64,000 bases of DNA from Nitrosopumilaceae archaeon (lineage in GTDB: Archaea; Thermoproteota; Nitrososphaeria; Nitrososphaerales; Nitrosopumilaceae), in contig CBDBMG010000001.1 in NCBI GenBank assembly GCA_965207375.1, positions 320,001-384,000 on the forward strand. The letters run 5' to 3'. Of the stretch, positions 51,563 to 64,000 are shown piece by piece. How positions within the stretch are numbered: position 1 is the stretch's first letter; each line of letters begins with the position of its first letter. The position numbers and the translations under genes were made by a program. The notes under the pieces were generated by a model that ran no database searches, was not told the DNA's origin, and was given only the letters and a program-made list of their open reading frames with translations.

Positions 51563-52456
51563 ATATACATATGTAAAAAGTACAATAGTATTATGGAAAT
51601 ACTGTGGAAATATTGCAAATTTCAAACTGTATACCATTCTCATTGGATTTTATGACTCTTCAAATGAGCAAAATCGGATGTGTGAACTATGCACATTTTC
51701 GCAAATCCGGTCACATATACATATGTAAAAAGTACAATAGTATTATGGAAATACTGTGGAAATAATAAATTATATTGAAAGGTGGTATAGCGTCTGTTCC
51801 ACACGTGAAATCTTCCTGTAGTAAATAATAACAATATTCCCAACATGCAGTGAGATATGTCCATACTGTTACTGTAATCCTTCAATGGATGGTGCCCTAT
51901 AACACACATGGATACGGTAAAAATAATAATGACGACACACCAGCAGTGATAATAATTTCATTCTTACTGCTACTATCTCTTGTCCTGTCCACTGACAAAA
52001 TAATCTACATGACCACGGTGGTCACAAAGTATGTACAGTGTAGGTACATACCAAATGACTTTGAATGTGCATACGTATACAAGTGTATGCATGCATGTAC
52101 ATTTTGCACATATGTATCCTTGTTGCTATGCAACAAAGTATTAAGTAGTTGCACTGGATTCATTTCTTGTAGCTCCATTACATGTGTACACTATTGTGTT
52201 GTCCATGTTAATTTTCAACATACAGTGTGACATCATGATGATGCATGTGTTTACATGTTGCCATGGTTATACATTCTTTGCATAACATCATACTCAGTTC
52301 AAGTGATGGATCCCTGCAATGTGATTAGCTATTTTCTGAAAAATAACCAATCGTGTTTCAGGGATCTCAATGGAAGGAGGAGTACATACAACACTGTATC
52401 ATCATGGTGATGTAGGTGCAAAAGTACTTAATATCAATGTTGTCATGAACATATAT

Positions 52457-53032
52457 GTGACCGTCTCTGCAAAAATCGGCCATGTTTGTGCCTGGTAATA
52501 ATTAGAGAAACAAACGTTCAAAAACTTTTTCATTGAAATTATAGCTTTTGCTCATGCCAAGCCGCTTTTGTTTAGCAGAACTGGACTTAGTAATCCATTG
52601 AATAAAACTTTGAAGTTGTTCCTTGCTTGATTTAGGCCTCTTTAAATGATTTTTTGAGGTGTGAATCAATTTTAGCCAAGCATTACAAGGGGGTGGGCAG
52701 GTGTGAGGAGGGTGGAGAGAGAGGAGGAAAACCCCCCAGGTGAAGACAAGAGGTGCTGAGTTGCTCACAGATGGTCCTAACCATGCAACTAGACCAAAGG
52801 GACATTAAGGGTAGAATTCCAGTCTGATGACACCCACTTGTTGTGCTCCACAGGTGCCAACGTGTTGATTATGGTTTTACAAGTTGAAAATCCACCTCTG
52901 GAAAACTACCCCACTTGTATCTGGCCATAGGAGACATGCTGTGTGGATAGCCATTGAGTATAGCTATAAGCTAGGCCAAAAACATGAATTTAAATTTTTG
53001 TGTGAACTAGGCTGGTTATTGCCGACAGTCAC
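52457..53032. mobile_element. GTGAC-ended non-autonomous element with 4-bp TSD (atat)
   Basis: atat|gtgaccgtctctgcaaaaatcggcc ... ggctggttattgccgacagtcac|atat. Confidence 0.7.
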
Positions 53033-54597
53033 ATATCATAACAACTAGATATTACTTTACCTTAGTGACAAGGTTTCCATGACAATGGGAATTATTACCA
53101 TGATCCTGAGATGTAAAAAATTACTGCTGTGCATAATACTGTTGACTTACATATTTCTGCTGACCTAGATATTTGATGAGGAAATGACTCCATCTACACA
53201 TGCCTACAATAATACAATGTTATTGAGAGCACATGCTTCTGTGGTCTGTGGAACTTACGATTTCCAACATATCCATGTGTGTCAAGATGCTTATGGATAG
53301 CAAAGCCTACGCTATGAAGTCGACTCTGCAAGTCCCCTTACAAGAAGTGACATACGTATGTAGTTACATACTCCCTCCCAACAGTAATGATATCTTAGTA
53401 GCTTCCTTTACATGTGCAGGCACAGCTGGCTAGCTTTGTCTTCTCCTGCATGGTCAGCAAGTCGTAAAATGCAGTAGCAGAAGTGCACTTATAATTACTT
53501 CTTTATCAACAATGATGCTCAACAATCAGTGGCTTACTATATAGTCCAAAATTTTCACATCTTTGGCAATGATAATCCTTCCATCCTTGATTTCTCTTCT
53601 CACCACTGTTTCTGTACATACACACACACACATGTGCACACACACATGCATGTATGCATGCGTACACACACAAGCACGAATCTTAAGTTGGTAAGTGCTT
53701 CTATACACATGTTTTCTTTAGTTGATATACTAAAACTGCATTGTATGCATACTTGTAACACCTATATAGTAGTCCCTGTCCATGCTTATTCCAGTTGCCA
53801 TAACAACACACTGTTAGTAGTTACACATTACATGCATGCAGTATGCATGTGCATGTAAGTCACATAAGCATGCTCAGTGCATGTAATATTCATGCAACAA
53901 CCATGAAAAATGTCCTAAATCCATGCATGTTACATGAAACATACATGTATATTAATATGATAGCATGCATTTTATGATGGTCTTGCAAGTCAATGGAAAT
54001 TTCATGGAACATGCATGTTACATAGATGCACAGTATTTGACCAAGTAGCTGATTAAATTTAATTATTATTATGGCAGTGCGTGATATTTTTATTGCAACA
54101 GTAACTTATAGAGCGCATACATGCATTATAGGAATCACCATGGTGACACTGTCATCTTGATAGCCCTAGATCTGTACCATGATATGAAGTAAGGATCACA
54201 TGTAATTTGGCATTTCTTGAATTGATGTTTTTATATATTGGAATGGTAGTCGCACAGCTTTAGGTTCCATTATCACATGGGCTTATAAAAATTTCATACT
54301 GCACATGTATAGCTATATGTACGTTGCTCTATAATGAACCTCTGCTTCAGTACTTAATTTTCACCACTGATACCACAGTAGCAATATATGAACTATAAAT
54401 TACTGTTTTGCCAAAATTACCATATGCTTGCCATCACAAGATTTATCACATCAGATAATGCAGGTAATTAATATAATCATTTGATTATTGTTCAGCACTA
54501 AAATATTCAAGTGAAGAATATGATATGTAGCTAGCTATGTACTTGAATTTTGTGACACACATCCTTCAGGCTATAGCTAATAAGTAGCACTATAAAC

Positions 54598-54893
54598 TAG
54601 AGCTGAAACAAATACTCGATTCGCTCGGATATTCGCTCGGTTACATAAGTATTCGAATACCAAGAGAGTATTCGGATGCACATTTATATAGATTTTCTGC
54701 ATTAATTCTTACATATTTTGTAATTAAACACATATTTTAAGGTATTTCAGTAATTAAATGAATTACATTAACATATTGCTAGCAAAAATCAACCATTTTA
54801 ATAGTAAAATGGCTGATTCAAACTATTCGGATATTCGCTCGCTTTACCATTCAAACTATTCGAGCACTAAATATCATATTCGTTTCAGCCCTA
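54598..54893. mobile_element. hAT-type MITE with 8-bp TSD
   Basis: ctataaac|tagagctgaaac...gtttcagcccta|ctataaac; internal attcg/cggatattcg repeats. Confidence 0.88.
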
Positions 54894-54945
54894 CTATAAA
54901 CAAAAAATTGCAATAACAAACCAAAAATATAATCGCAGTATTATT

Positions 54946-55317
54946 TAGGGGTGAGCGATAATATCGATAGTACGATTATCGTGACAAAATAATTGTTATT
55001 GCGATAATTATTTATTAATCACTATTGCGATAGTTTAAAATACTCTTATAGAACAATCAACTACTCTAATAGAACAATCAGATACTTCAGTAAAACAGTT
55101 CATTAAAGCAAAGTGTAGTTGAGGTTACACCACTACAGTAGTTGTTACATAAGCTCAATTGCTGCAGTATCTAAAACTAATGTGTATCATTGTAACTATG
55201 TAAATGCTAAAGTACACTGATAGCATAATTTATTGACTATCGTGATAGTATCATGTATCGTGAACAGCTTACAACTATCAATCGTGATAGTGATTTTACC
55301 ACTATCACTCAGCCCTA
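54946..55317. mobile_element. hAT-type MITE with 8-bp TSD
   Basis: gtattatt|taggggtgagcgata...tatcactcagcccta|gtattatt. Confidence 0.88.
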
Positions 55318-56191
55318 GTATTATTATTGCTACTACAATCACAGTATTATTGCTACTACAATTTGTTTTTTTCTAGTACATGTATCAATGAAGGTAAACA
55401 ATCATGTCCTAATGATAATTAATCACCTGGCTAATAAGATCAAATTACTTACAGGCTCTAAACTAAAAAATAGGCTCAATGATGAAAGCATTTTACAGTA
55501 GGAACAGCAAGATTAGTACCTATCATCACAGGTATGGTTCCGCGAACGGTAAATGTAAGAATCTATAATGATTATAACCGGTTGAGAGCATAATTAAGAT
55601 AACTCCGAATGAGAATGTATAGTTTCCCATTCTCCTCCACCTGCATCACATCTGAGCACCCACATTAATGGTCATTATTGCCATTATTTCCTTATGTACA
55701 TGGAAAGTATAATGTTTTCAATTATTTTATATACCTTGGGTGTGCATTAAGAAAAAGGGTCTGGCAATGTGAGACTACTGTGTGTTCTAAATTACGCTTG
55801 GCCACAGTGGTCAAAACTGTCAAATCAGTAAAAATTTTGCTGTATCTTAGTGACAGCTCCTTAGGCCACTCCAAATGAGAGTGCAGTTTCCTGTCCAGAA
55901 GTTTTGAAAATGCGATTTGGGAGGGAGGCCCATTATCATTATTTAATACATCCATTGGTTTAAAAATGGCAGTGATTTTATGGAAAGGGTTACAATTATC
56001 AGGCTTCCCACAGGCAATAAGTAGGTGTCACACATGGCAGCAACCACAAGAAACAGTCTTTTTAGTTGCATTATACTCCTTGGAAGCAAGTTAAGAAAAA
56101 GGGTTAGGCAATGCAAACTATTCCATATAGATTGTTGATCATATGCACCCACTAATATCTATGACTAAACACACAGTCAGTTCCTAAGGTT

Positions 56192-57026
56192 ATGTCACAA
56201 CATAAATGGTCCCCCGGATCACTTATATGTACGAACATTAATGGTCTGGATAAAACATTGTTTATGACAACATAAATGGTCCACGCGCCACTTTTGCAGG
56301 AATATATAATGCTAAGTTGCCAGCTGCTAGTTATATTTATACATCATGCATGCATATATAGCACAACTCAAAGGCAATGTCATGAGTCATGAGCGATCGA
56401 AGCTAATTTGCTGATAATAGCTAGCTATGCCATACACTTGCACATTAGCTCCTCACCTTTTATCTTGCAAATTGTGAAGGTGCTTGAAGCTTAGCTACTC
56501 GTGTGTTACTATAGATCTTTTGCTACTTGCACTCCCTGTCCACTTTGTCAAGTCGTTTAGTTTGGAGAATCGTGATTTAGCTGATTGGTAGCTAGCTAGC
56601 TAAATGGTAGCTATGTAGCTAGGGCACCAAATGGTAATGACGGATTGGATAAAATTGTGAGCATATAGCTAGACCATACTTGTGAATATGCAACATCTAA
56701 AAATACCCCCAACATTAAGTAGCAATAGTGATAGTTACAGCCACAGCTATATAATATTAAAGTTTAATCAAGATACAGTTTAGTCTACTAGCTCAATAGC
56801 TAGCTACCTAGTAGCTAGCCAGCTACCGCATGCATGTAGGCAGCAGAGCTGTCGTGTAAAATCATAGCAAGGTATTAAATCATATGTGATGTAGAGCATT
56901 TGTTTGGCCTCGCTTTGTGACCCGGACCATTTATGTTTGGGGCGGACCACTTATGTCAACATAAATGGTCTGGGAGGACCATTTATACATAGTTGCTTAT
57001 GTACCCGGACCAAATATTTCGTTACA
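56192..57026. mobile_element. Non-autonomous TIR element with cataaatggtcc sub-terminal repeats
   Basis: Multiple acataaatggtcc / ggaccatttatgt motifs clustered at both ends in both orientations. Confidence 0.55.
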
Positions 57027-57410
57027 GTACCACAGATAGTATATTCTGAATATACTAGACATCTACATTCAGTCTTTTGAATTACGTAACAATGCAATTA
57101 TTATATGTACCTATATAAGAATATACTTCAAATTGACCTTAACTTCTTATTTCAAATTTTACTTAAAAATAACACATGGGTTTTTTGAATGTGCACAATG
57201 CATGAGTGTCATTGTACAAAAATATAGCCAATAACTGATTTTTTAAACATGTAATCGTAGGTACGTACAAATAAAAAGTTTATACAGTCAATATCAAACT
57301 TCAAATGATCATTCAGAATCATACTCCGGCAATCAGCCAAGGCTCTCTTCTTTGCTGGAGGAGGCAACAAAACATAACAATTATGCATACAGATACGTAC
57401 CATAATATTA

Positions 57411-57780
57411 TAGTGACGTGCAATAATATCAATAGTGTGATAATCATATCACAGAGAACCATTATCGTGATATGATATAACTGGCAATTATTATCATGAT
57501 ATATAAAGCCAGACCGTTAAGCTTCAAAAATAACCATGAAATTGTTAAGCAGAATGGCAAACATAGCATATTATTATTGTTATTGTATATACGTATATTT
57601 CACTGAAGTATTATAATTTATGTACCAAAACTTCATAATACACATGCATGTTACATATGAATTCTTGAAGTTACTATTTGACTTATTCAGGTGCAGTATA
57701 GTGGGCGTGATAACTATTGTATGGTGATAAAATTATGATGATAATTGATAGAGTTGTAAAATCACTATCACACATCACTA
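57411..57780. mobile_element. Degenerate hAT-type MITE
   Basis: tagtgacgtgcaata / tatcacacatcacta termini, same family as 30426-30788; TSD not intact. Confidence 0.55.
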
Positions 57781-58492
57781 GTACCATATGCGGCAAAGCT
57801 AAAACTTTCACAATTGAATGAAAAACCGCCCCCTCAAATGTTTTACCGTATATGGTAAACGTAAATACATAAAATGTACACTACAATACACAACCAAAAT
57901 ACAAAATAAGAATAGAGGCACAGCACTGTGCCCTTTATCAAAAGCTTTTGATGTGGTCTGATAAATAAGTTTTGATGCTGGTGGCAAATAAACAATTCTT
58001 TATTGCTCAGACTCAAAATGTCAAACAAAACAATTTTATGGTGACTCGTGTAATGATGTGTAATACATATCAATATGTATATCGAAACATCAAAGCATGT
58101 CCCAGTATTTCTTTACTAGTTCAGTTTTGTGCAGTTTTGTGCAGTTTAGCAATATCATTAATGTTGAAGTACCTACAACAAAATTAATTGTTTTCCCTTA
58201 ACTTGATACATTGCATCACATCATGAGTACACATTTTGATGCAGATAACGTTTCAGGTGTATCGCACAACACCAACCATGTGGTAAACCAATTCAATAAC
58301 ATATACTCTTATGGGTTGGAGAAACTTTTGTGAAAGGAAAATTTAAAAGTAAGGGAGAGTCCTAAATTAAAGTTGGCAGATTTGGTGAATACAATTGTTA
58401 CAGTCACTATTTGAATCTACACATATATCACAGACATGCCAGTGTTGCATCAAAGAATGGTGTGTATGCTATGTTCTAAAATTAAGTATAAT

Positions 58493-58768
58493 GTGACCGG
58501 GCCAGCAAAAGGGGTCCAAGTGGGCACATAAAATTTGACCTTCTTTTTCAACTTTCTTGCATCATAACAAAAGATATAAATACGCATACGTAATTGATAA
58601 ATACGGGTACGCAATTGACATGATTTTTCTACCATCAATGAACAATTTAATAAGCAACATTTTATAACTTACAGAACATAAATATATTGTACAGAACCCA
58701 AGATATTAAAGTTTTTATGATGATGTGTAGTTTGTGCCAACTTGGTCCGTTTTTGCTGGCCCAGTCAC
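58493..58768. mobile_element. GTGAC-ended MITE with 4-bp TSD (taat)
   Basis: taat|gtgaccgggccagcaaaaggggtccaagtgggcaca ... tgtgccaacttggtccgtttttgctggcccagtcac|taat. Confidence 0.85.
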
Positions 58769-59379
58769 TAATAAACTTTGATTACACAAACATTTCACAA
58801 TAATAAAATAATTTGATGCATGATCCCACATAGTCACTGCATAATTTCAAAGCACCAATACAAATATTTCACCAATACCTTTTATGAAGTGACATAAGAC
58901 ATCGTAGTGATGACCACTGAAACACAAAGTAATAAATCAATTTCTTATACGTAGTCTATATATGTATGCATGCCACCGTACAACCAAATTGAAGCCATAA
59001 CTACGTATGCCTGAATGTGATGGTTAACGTTAAGGAGCCTCATCACCCGAGGTCGGTTTCTAAAATGTCCCCATAAGGCAATGTTGGGCCTCTACATAAA
59101 CATGGGTCTCCAGTTTGCATTATTTAGAATAATAACCTGACAAAATCACCTTCATATCGATATTTGGCAATGGCAGCAACATCAGGCATATCTACAGGGG
59201 CAGTGACAATAAACTCCATGAACATGATCACTTAACTATCATGATAGTATGTCGAAGTTTGGAGGCTTGGAGAATTTTTTAGGCTAGCCCATATATATAA
59301 TGTGCAAGGATCGCTAGGAATAAAATGAGCCGTTACATCACACAAATGTGACCTGATTTACAAAAACCCGACATAATAG

Positions 59380-59680
59380 CAGAGTTCAAAATAAGAAATA
59401 GTAGGTATTAGGACATATGGCCAAATAGTATTTGGCCATTTAGAAAAGTATTAGGCCATCCACAAATGTAAGTGACCCTTTAAATTTAATAAACAGGTGA
59501 AAGAGATTAGCTATGTGATAACAATATCATGTGTTAGTCTAAAGTATATAAAGTCACAATCCAACCATGATAGTGTTTGAAAAGAGCGATCTAGCTCTAT
59601 CACCCATTTCTTGTATGTGTAAAATGTGACTTCTCTCCTATTGGAAATTGGCCGATGACCGGCTGTTATTTTGAACTCTG
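59380..59680. mobile_element. CAG-ended TIR MITE inserted in a GTGAC-element terminus
   Basis: cagagttcaaaataa / ttattttgaactctg TIRs, flanked by taatag on both sides. Confidence 0.7.
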
Positions 59681-59704
59681 TAATAGCATAATCTTAAGTC
59701 ATTT

Positions 59705-61964
59705 GTGACCTGATTTGCAAAAACCCGACATAATAGCGTATTTAATATTTCGAGAAATACCAATTTAAAATATTGAAGACACTGTAGTTCTTTGATGCCT
59801 TACTGGATGGAAGCCAAATTAACAGCATAAGTAGAGTAGTCTTATAGCCAGTGCTTTATAGCTAATTTAACTAATACTGCTGGATTTTCAGACACTTTTT
59901 TCTGAACTCCACCAATATCATGGATTAATTCTATAGGGGGTGGGTGGGCGTTGGAGGGGGTGGGAGGAGATGGGGCTGGGTGGGAAGCCGAAGGTGGGCT
60001 AAAGCATCCATGGTCACAGAGAAACAGCCATTGTGTGCTCAGTAAAATACTGAAACAGCCACAGCGTACCTGCCAGGCCAAGACGGTCGCTGACAGCTGC
60101 CTGACACCACATGTCGCTTTATTAGTGCGCCCCAGTGGCACCACATGGACCGTCATGGATTTACAGGGTCAGAAAAATGCTGCCTGTGAAAGCAGACCTG
60201 GTTATCTTTAGCCCTGTCATTGGTTTGTCTGGATAGTCCTAGAATGTGGCTTTCATGTCAAGCTATAAAATGGATTTCAGTTCTTGCGGGATTACACCTG
60301 GTTTTAGCAATTTCTCTTCAGTTTTCACACATGATGGAGAAGCTATACTTCCAGACATGGGTCCTAGCCCATATCCAAGTTTACCAGATATTGACATAAA
60401 CATTGCAGGGGTTACTAAATTTCTTAAAGAGATCAACCCTTACAAGGCAACTGGACCTGATTGTATTCCTGTAAAAGTGCTGAAAGAAATGGCTGAAGAA
60501 CTTCCTCCAAGTTTAGCTTTGATATTTACAGCTTCCCTGCAACAAGGAAAGATTCCGCTGGATTGGAAGAAAGCCTTGGTAACCCCCCTATTTAAGAAAG
60601 GTGATCAAATCAACCCTACAAATTATCGCCCAGTGTCTCTAACCTCTATCTGTTGTAAACTACTGGAACACATCATCCATTCAAATGTCATGTCTCACTT
60701 AAATGCTTGTAACATAATCAGTGATAACCAATATGGGTTTCGTAAAAGACGATTTGCAGAATTACAGTTACTTCGTACTATCCATGATTTTGCTTACAAT
60801 CTAAATGTAAAGAAACAGACAGACACTATATTACTTGATTTTTGTAAGGCCTTCGATAAGGTGTCACACCGTCATTTAAAATTAAAGCTAGAATATTATG
60901 GAGTTAGAAACCGAACTCTAAAGTGGATATCTTTTTTCTTAGAAGAACGCACTCAATGTGTAGTATGCGGTGGCTATACATCAGACCCTGCAAATGTTAT
61001 CAGTGGGGTTCCACAGGGAACTGTTCTGGGGCCACTATTGTTCTTAATTTATATAAACGACTTACCAGAATGTGTTTCATCAATGTGTAGCTTGTTTGCT
61101 GATGATTGTATGATAAGGGACATTGAAATATTGCAAAATGACTTAACAAACTTGGAGCTTTGGGCAAGAAAATGGCTGATGACTTTCAATATAGATAAAT
61201 GCAAAGTTATACAGATATCATTGAAACCTGTTGCTCCAAGTTCTTATACATTATATGGAAGACATCTTAGGGAGGTAACTGAGGCAAAGTACCTTGGAGT
61301 AACAATTGATCGTAAGCTATCATTTAGCAAGCATATTGATAATGTATGTAAAAAAGCAAATTCTACATTAGCATTTATTCGGCGAAACCTTAAGTCCTGC
61401 CAACGCCAAATAAAGGCTGATGCTTATCTGATGTACGTTAGACCAACTTTGGAATATGCAGCAGCGGTATGGGCACCCCACACTAAATGTGACACTGAAA
61501 AATTAGAGGCAGTACAAAGAAGGGCTGCAAGATTTGTAATGTCTGATTTTAATCGTACTAGTAGTGTCACTGAAATGTTACATAATCTTAATTGGAACAC
61601 CTTGAGTAGTAGAAGACAGACATCTAGATTATGCTTATTATACAAGATCTTGCACAACCTAGTAGATGTTACCCTTCCAAGCTACATTGTACCATCAACC
61701 AGATTTACAAGAGGACACGATCAAAAATTTATCCTACCCCAATCCAGAATTGATATTTACAAGTTTTATTTCTTTCCAGACTCAATCAGACTGTGGAACA
61801 ACTTACCCTCTGAGATATATAATACATCCACACACAATCGACGAATTTTGAAAATTAATTAAAATTTTTGTAGATAGCTAATTAGTTAATTACATTGCAT
61901 TATACTCGTACATATGAGTTCAGCAATTATATTATTATAATAATAATAATCCTAATCCAGTCAC
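59705..61964. mobile_element. GTGAC-ended DNA element interrupted by a LINE
   Basis: attt|gtgacctgatttgcaaaaacc ... ggttttagcaa[LINE]atccagtcac|attt; identical 4-bp TSD on both sides. Confidence 0.7.
60311..61953 (+). mobile_element. 5'-truncated non-LTR retrotransposon (CR1/L2 group), reverse transcriptase part of ORF2
   Basis: Open frame to 61862: FSSVFT, KATGPDCIP, NYRPVSLTSICCKLLEHII, QYGFR, LLDFCKAFDKV, SGVPQGTVLGPLLFLIYINDL, FADDC, KYLGV, WNNLP; (TAA)n tail at 61935-61950. No endonuclease domain. Confidence 0.95.
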
Positions 61965-62120
61965 ATTTAAACTACTATTATTATAAACATCTTACCTTCG
62001 ACTCATTATTATACTCTTGGCCTATAAGTCCATTCCACGGTCCACCCCTTTCATCATTCGCCTACAGAGCATCACCTTAAGCGAGCGCTCATAATCTCCG
62101 ATCATGCTCCGATCGATAAG

Positions 62121-63717
62121 GCGATTTTTGAATTTGGGCTCGGATGTAACGGAACTCCGCATACGTCTCCGTATACTACAAAGAATTATTCGGGCGCCAG
62201 CGCTACTTCTAGCAAGCACTTTAGGCGGTCGCGGGAAATTTAAGATGAAGCAACTGAGCATCGGAAAAAGACTGCTGCTGTAAAAGTAGCAGGATCTTGC
62301 AGAGCAGTATATTATACTGATTGTTTATGCCCTCCTCCTATAATTTTGGTACTCTACTACAAAATAAGATTCCAAGGCAATCAGTTAGTAAAGTAAGCTA
62401 CAGTGGGCTTGCAAGGATTAATTACCACGTGACACATTTGACATGCAAATTTTGTTCTATGTATACATAGCATTATATTGAGTGTTCTATTGGGGTATTT
62501 AACATGTGACTGTTATATTAGATAATCCCCTTATAGAATCTTACTGATGCTGACATAACATATTAGCTTATGTTTTATATAGATATTAAATATGGAAGGA
62601 TGCAAAAAGATTTCATACTACAGCTGCGTATAAAACAATATATTATATATACATGTGCATGCATCTATTATGTGCTTTATAGTTTGTGTACAGAAAATAG
62701 AAAGATATTCATGCAGTGTTGCTTCTCTTGGATGGAAAAACTGGAACAGGCAAACTATTTATAAACATATGGCTATATATATATATGTATAATTTATGTA
62801 CATGTACATATTTTTAATAGTATGTAATGTAAAGGAATGGATATCATACTTTTGAAGGAATGGATTATCATACATACTTTTGCATGCTTTTAAAGTATGT
62901 AATACATACTGTAAAAGGAATAAATTACATACGTAGTTAGGCGTGCTAAGGAAGCTAGGAGACTGTACGTTATTTTAGCTAGAGGACAGTCAAAGGTATA
63001 ATGGAGATGAAATTTTATAATGACTTGAGAGAAGAGTCTTCAGAGGAAGAAGATATTATAGCCTTGATAATAGCAATAATGATGAGTGTGATGACAATTC
63101 TTCTCCTGTATCTTCTGAAAGTGCAGATATCACTGAGATTTCAGTCAATAACAGCTCAACCAGCACAATGACGCTAACAAGTAAACATATACAGGATTAG
63201 AAACAAGGCCTATATGGCATAGTTGATGACATAATAGAAAGACTAGCAGATGGTGACCAAAACATGGTATCAGGAGTAACAAAACTGATTTATCAAGAGT
63301 TATGCATGTATGCAAAATTCAGGTATTGCACCATCATATATATACCATCTCCTATGCCCTTCACAAATTAGGAAGCCTATCTATTTTCATGTTATATTAT
63401 ATCTTAACTTAGGATATGTATAGTCAAACGTAAACTAGGGAGCCAGTATATACCAATTAAGGCAAACTATCCACTAAAATTAAGCAATAGAATGTATTAT
63501 TAGTTGCACATAGCTACATGCAGCTAGTAGCTAGCTATTTTACCTTATAAATTACTAGCTATCAATCTATACACACTTACACGTATGAAACTACAAAATA
63601 CCACACTCTTAGAAGAATCCTGGCGGTGTCAGAGTTAGCGCGGGGTAAAATAATTCTTTATAGTATACGGAGACATATACGGATTCCGTTACATCCGAGC
63701 CCAAATTCAAAAATCGC
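62121..63717. mobile_element. Long-TIR non-autonomous DNA element (possibly Mutator-derived)
   Basis: gcgatttttgaatttgggctcggatgtaacggaactccgcatacgtctccgtatactacaaagaattatt (62121-62190) is inverted at about 63648-63717; a decayed coding-like remnant lies at 63000-63370. Confidence 0.65.
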
Positions 63718-64000
63718 ATCGATAAGCGCGCTGCCATTTAATTTGATCTAAGAGGTTCGATTGTGGTTTATAATTTTAATCGTCATGGTGATGCCCTGGT
63801 GTCTCGCGATGTGATCCCATAAGCTACTTTAAGCAAGGAAAGATTGATTGGCGATCGAAAGGTGATGTAGAAGAGGGTGGAGTGGACTTCTGGATGACAA
63901 GTACAACGATGGGTTTCTAGAGTCGATGTTAGTCTCGCGTGGCTGTTAAACCTGCGATCCGCAGGTTATACTATCTATGATGTTAATAATCAAGAACCCA

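Larger units (their letters stand above)
51780..59231 (-). pseudogene. Decayed multi-exon gene of unknown family
   Basis: Phase-consistent exon chain: 59011-~59231 (MEFIVTAPVDMPDVAAIAKYRYEGDFVRLLF*IMQTGDPCLCRGPTLPYGDILETDLG**GSLTLTITF), 58879-58916 (GHHYDVLCHFIK), 57269-57354 (KKRALADCRSMILNDHLKFDIDCINFLF), ~55780-56158 (frameshifted). Further small exons at 53060-53330 (..VGFAIHKHLDTHGYVGN | RMCRWSHFLIKYLGQQKY | DHGNNSHCHGNLVTK). May be more than one gene. Confidence 0.4.

Noticed and set aside
51900-53612. Possible tyrosine kinase relic (IIIAKDVKILDYI, EIVAVR) on the minus strand
   Set aside because: No GxGxxG, HRD or DFG motif could be found; the resemblance is too weak.
59842-60211. GC-rich overlapping ORFs upstream of the RT as a LINE ORF1
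   Set aside because: They lie within the host GTGAC-ended DNA element, outside the LINE boundary.
60246-61862. RT ORF as a host gene or a bacterial retron/DGR-type reverse transcriptase
   Set aside because: Motifs, C-terminus and the (TAA)n tail are those of a CR1/L2-group LINE; 5'-truncated with no accessory genes or template repeat.

Overview
AT-rich, intron-containing animal genomic DNA, inferred (not proven) to be from a demosponge; there are no prokaryotic features, RNA genes or CRISPR arrays. The core is a small cluster of + strand immunoglobulin (Ig)-domain genes rebuilt by hand from splice sites and reading phase. Gene 1 (7513-16243, 5 exons, 235 aa) encodes a signal peptide, a Pro-rich linker, one I-set-like Ig domain and a C-terminal Arg-rich module with the pattern FRFSS...YRCKLDDGEFDDC...NLNRGRHTIAVEA, resembling a bacterial Ig-like repeat. 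Gene 2 (about 23006-38612) has a paralogous linker exon and five symmetric phase 1-1 Ig exons. Four of these come from a recent, near-identical tandem duplication of about 6.8 kb, and all 9 differing codons between the duplicate exons change the amino acid. A third, truncated paralog (5670) is fused to a decayed ANKRD26-like coiled-coil gene fragment. The rest is dense with transposon debris: a 5'-truncated CR1/L2-group LINE nested in the terminal repeat of a GTGAC-ended DNA element, a DIRS1 fragment, a Tc1/IS630-like remnant, hAT MITEs with 8-bp target duplications, Helentron-like elements, long palindromes and microsatellites. Several decayed multi-exon gene fragments are also present. Most short ORFs in the supplied track are spurious.
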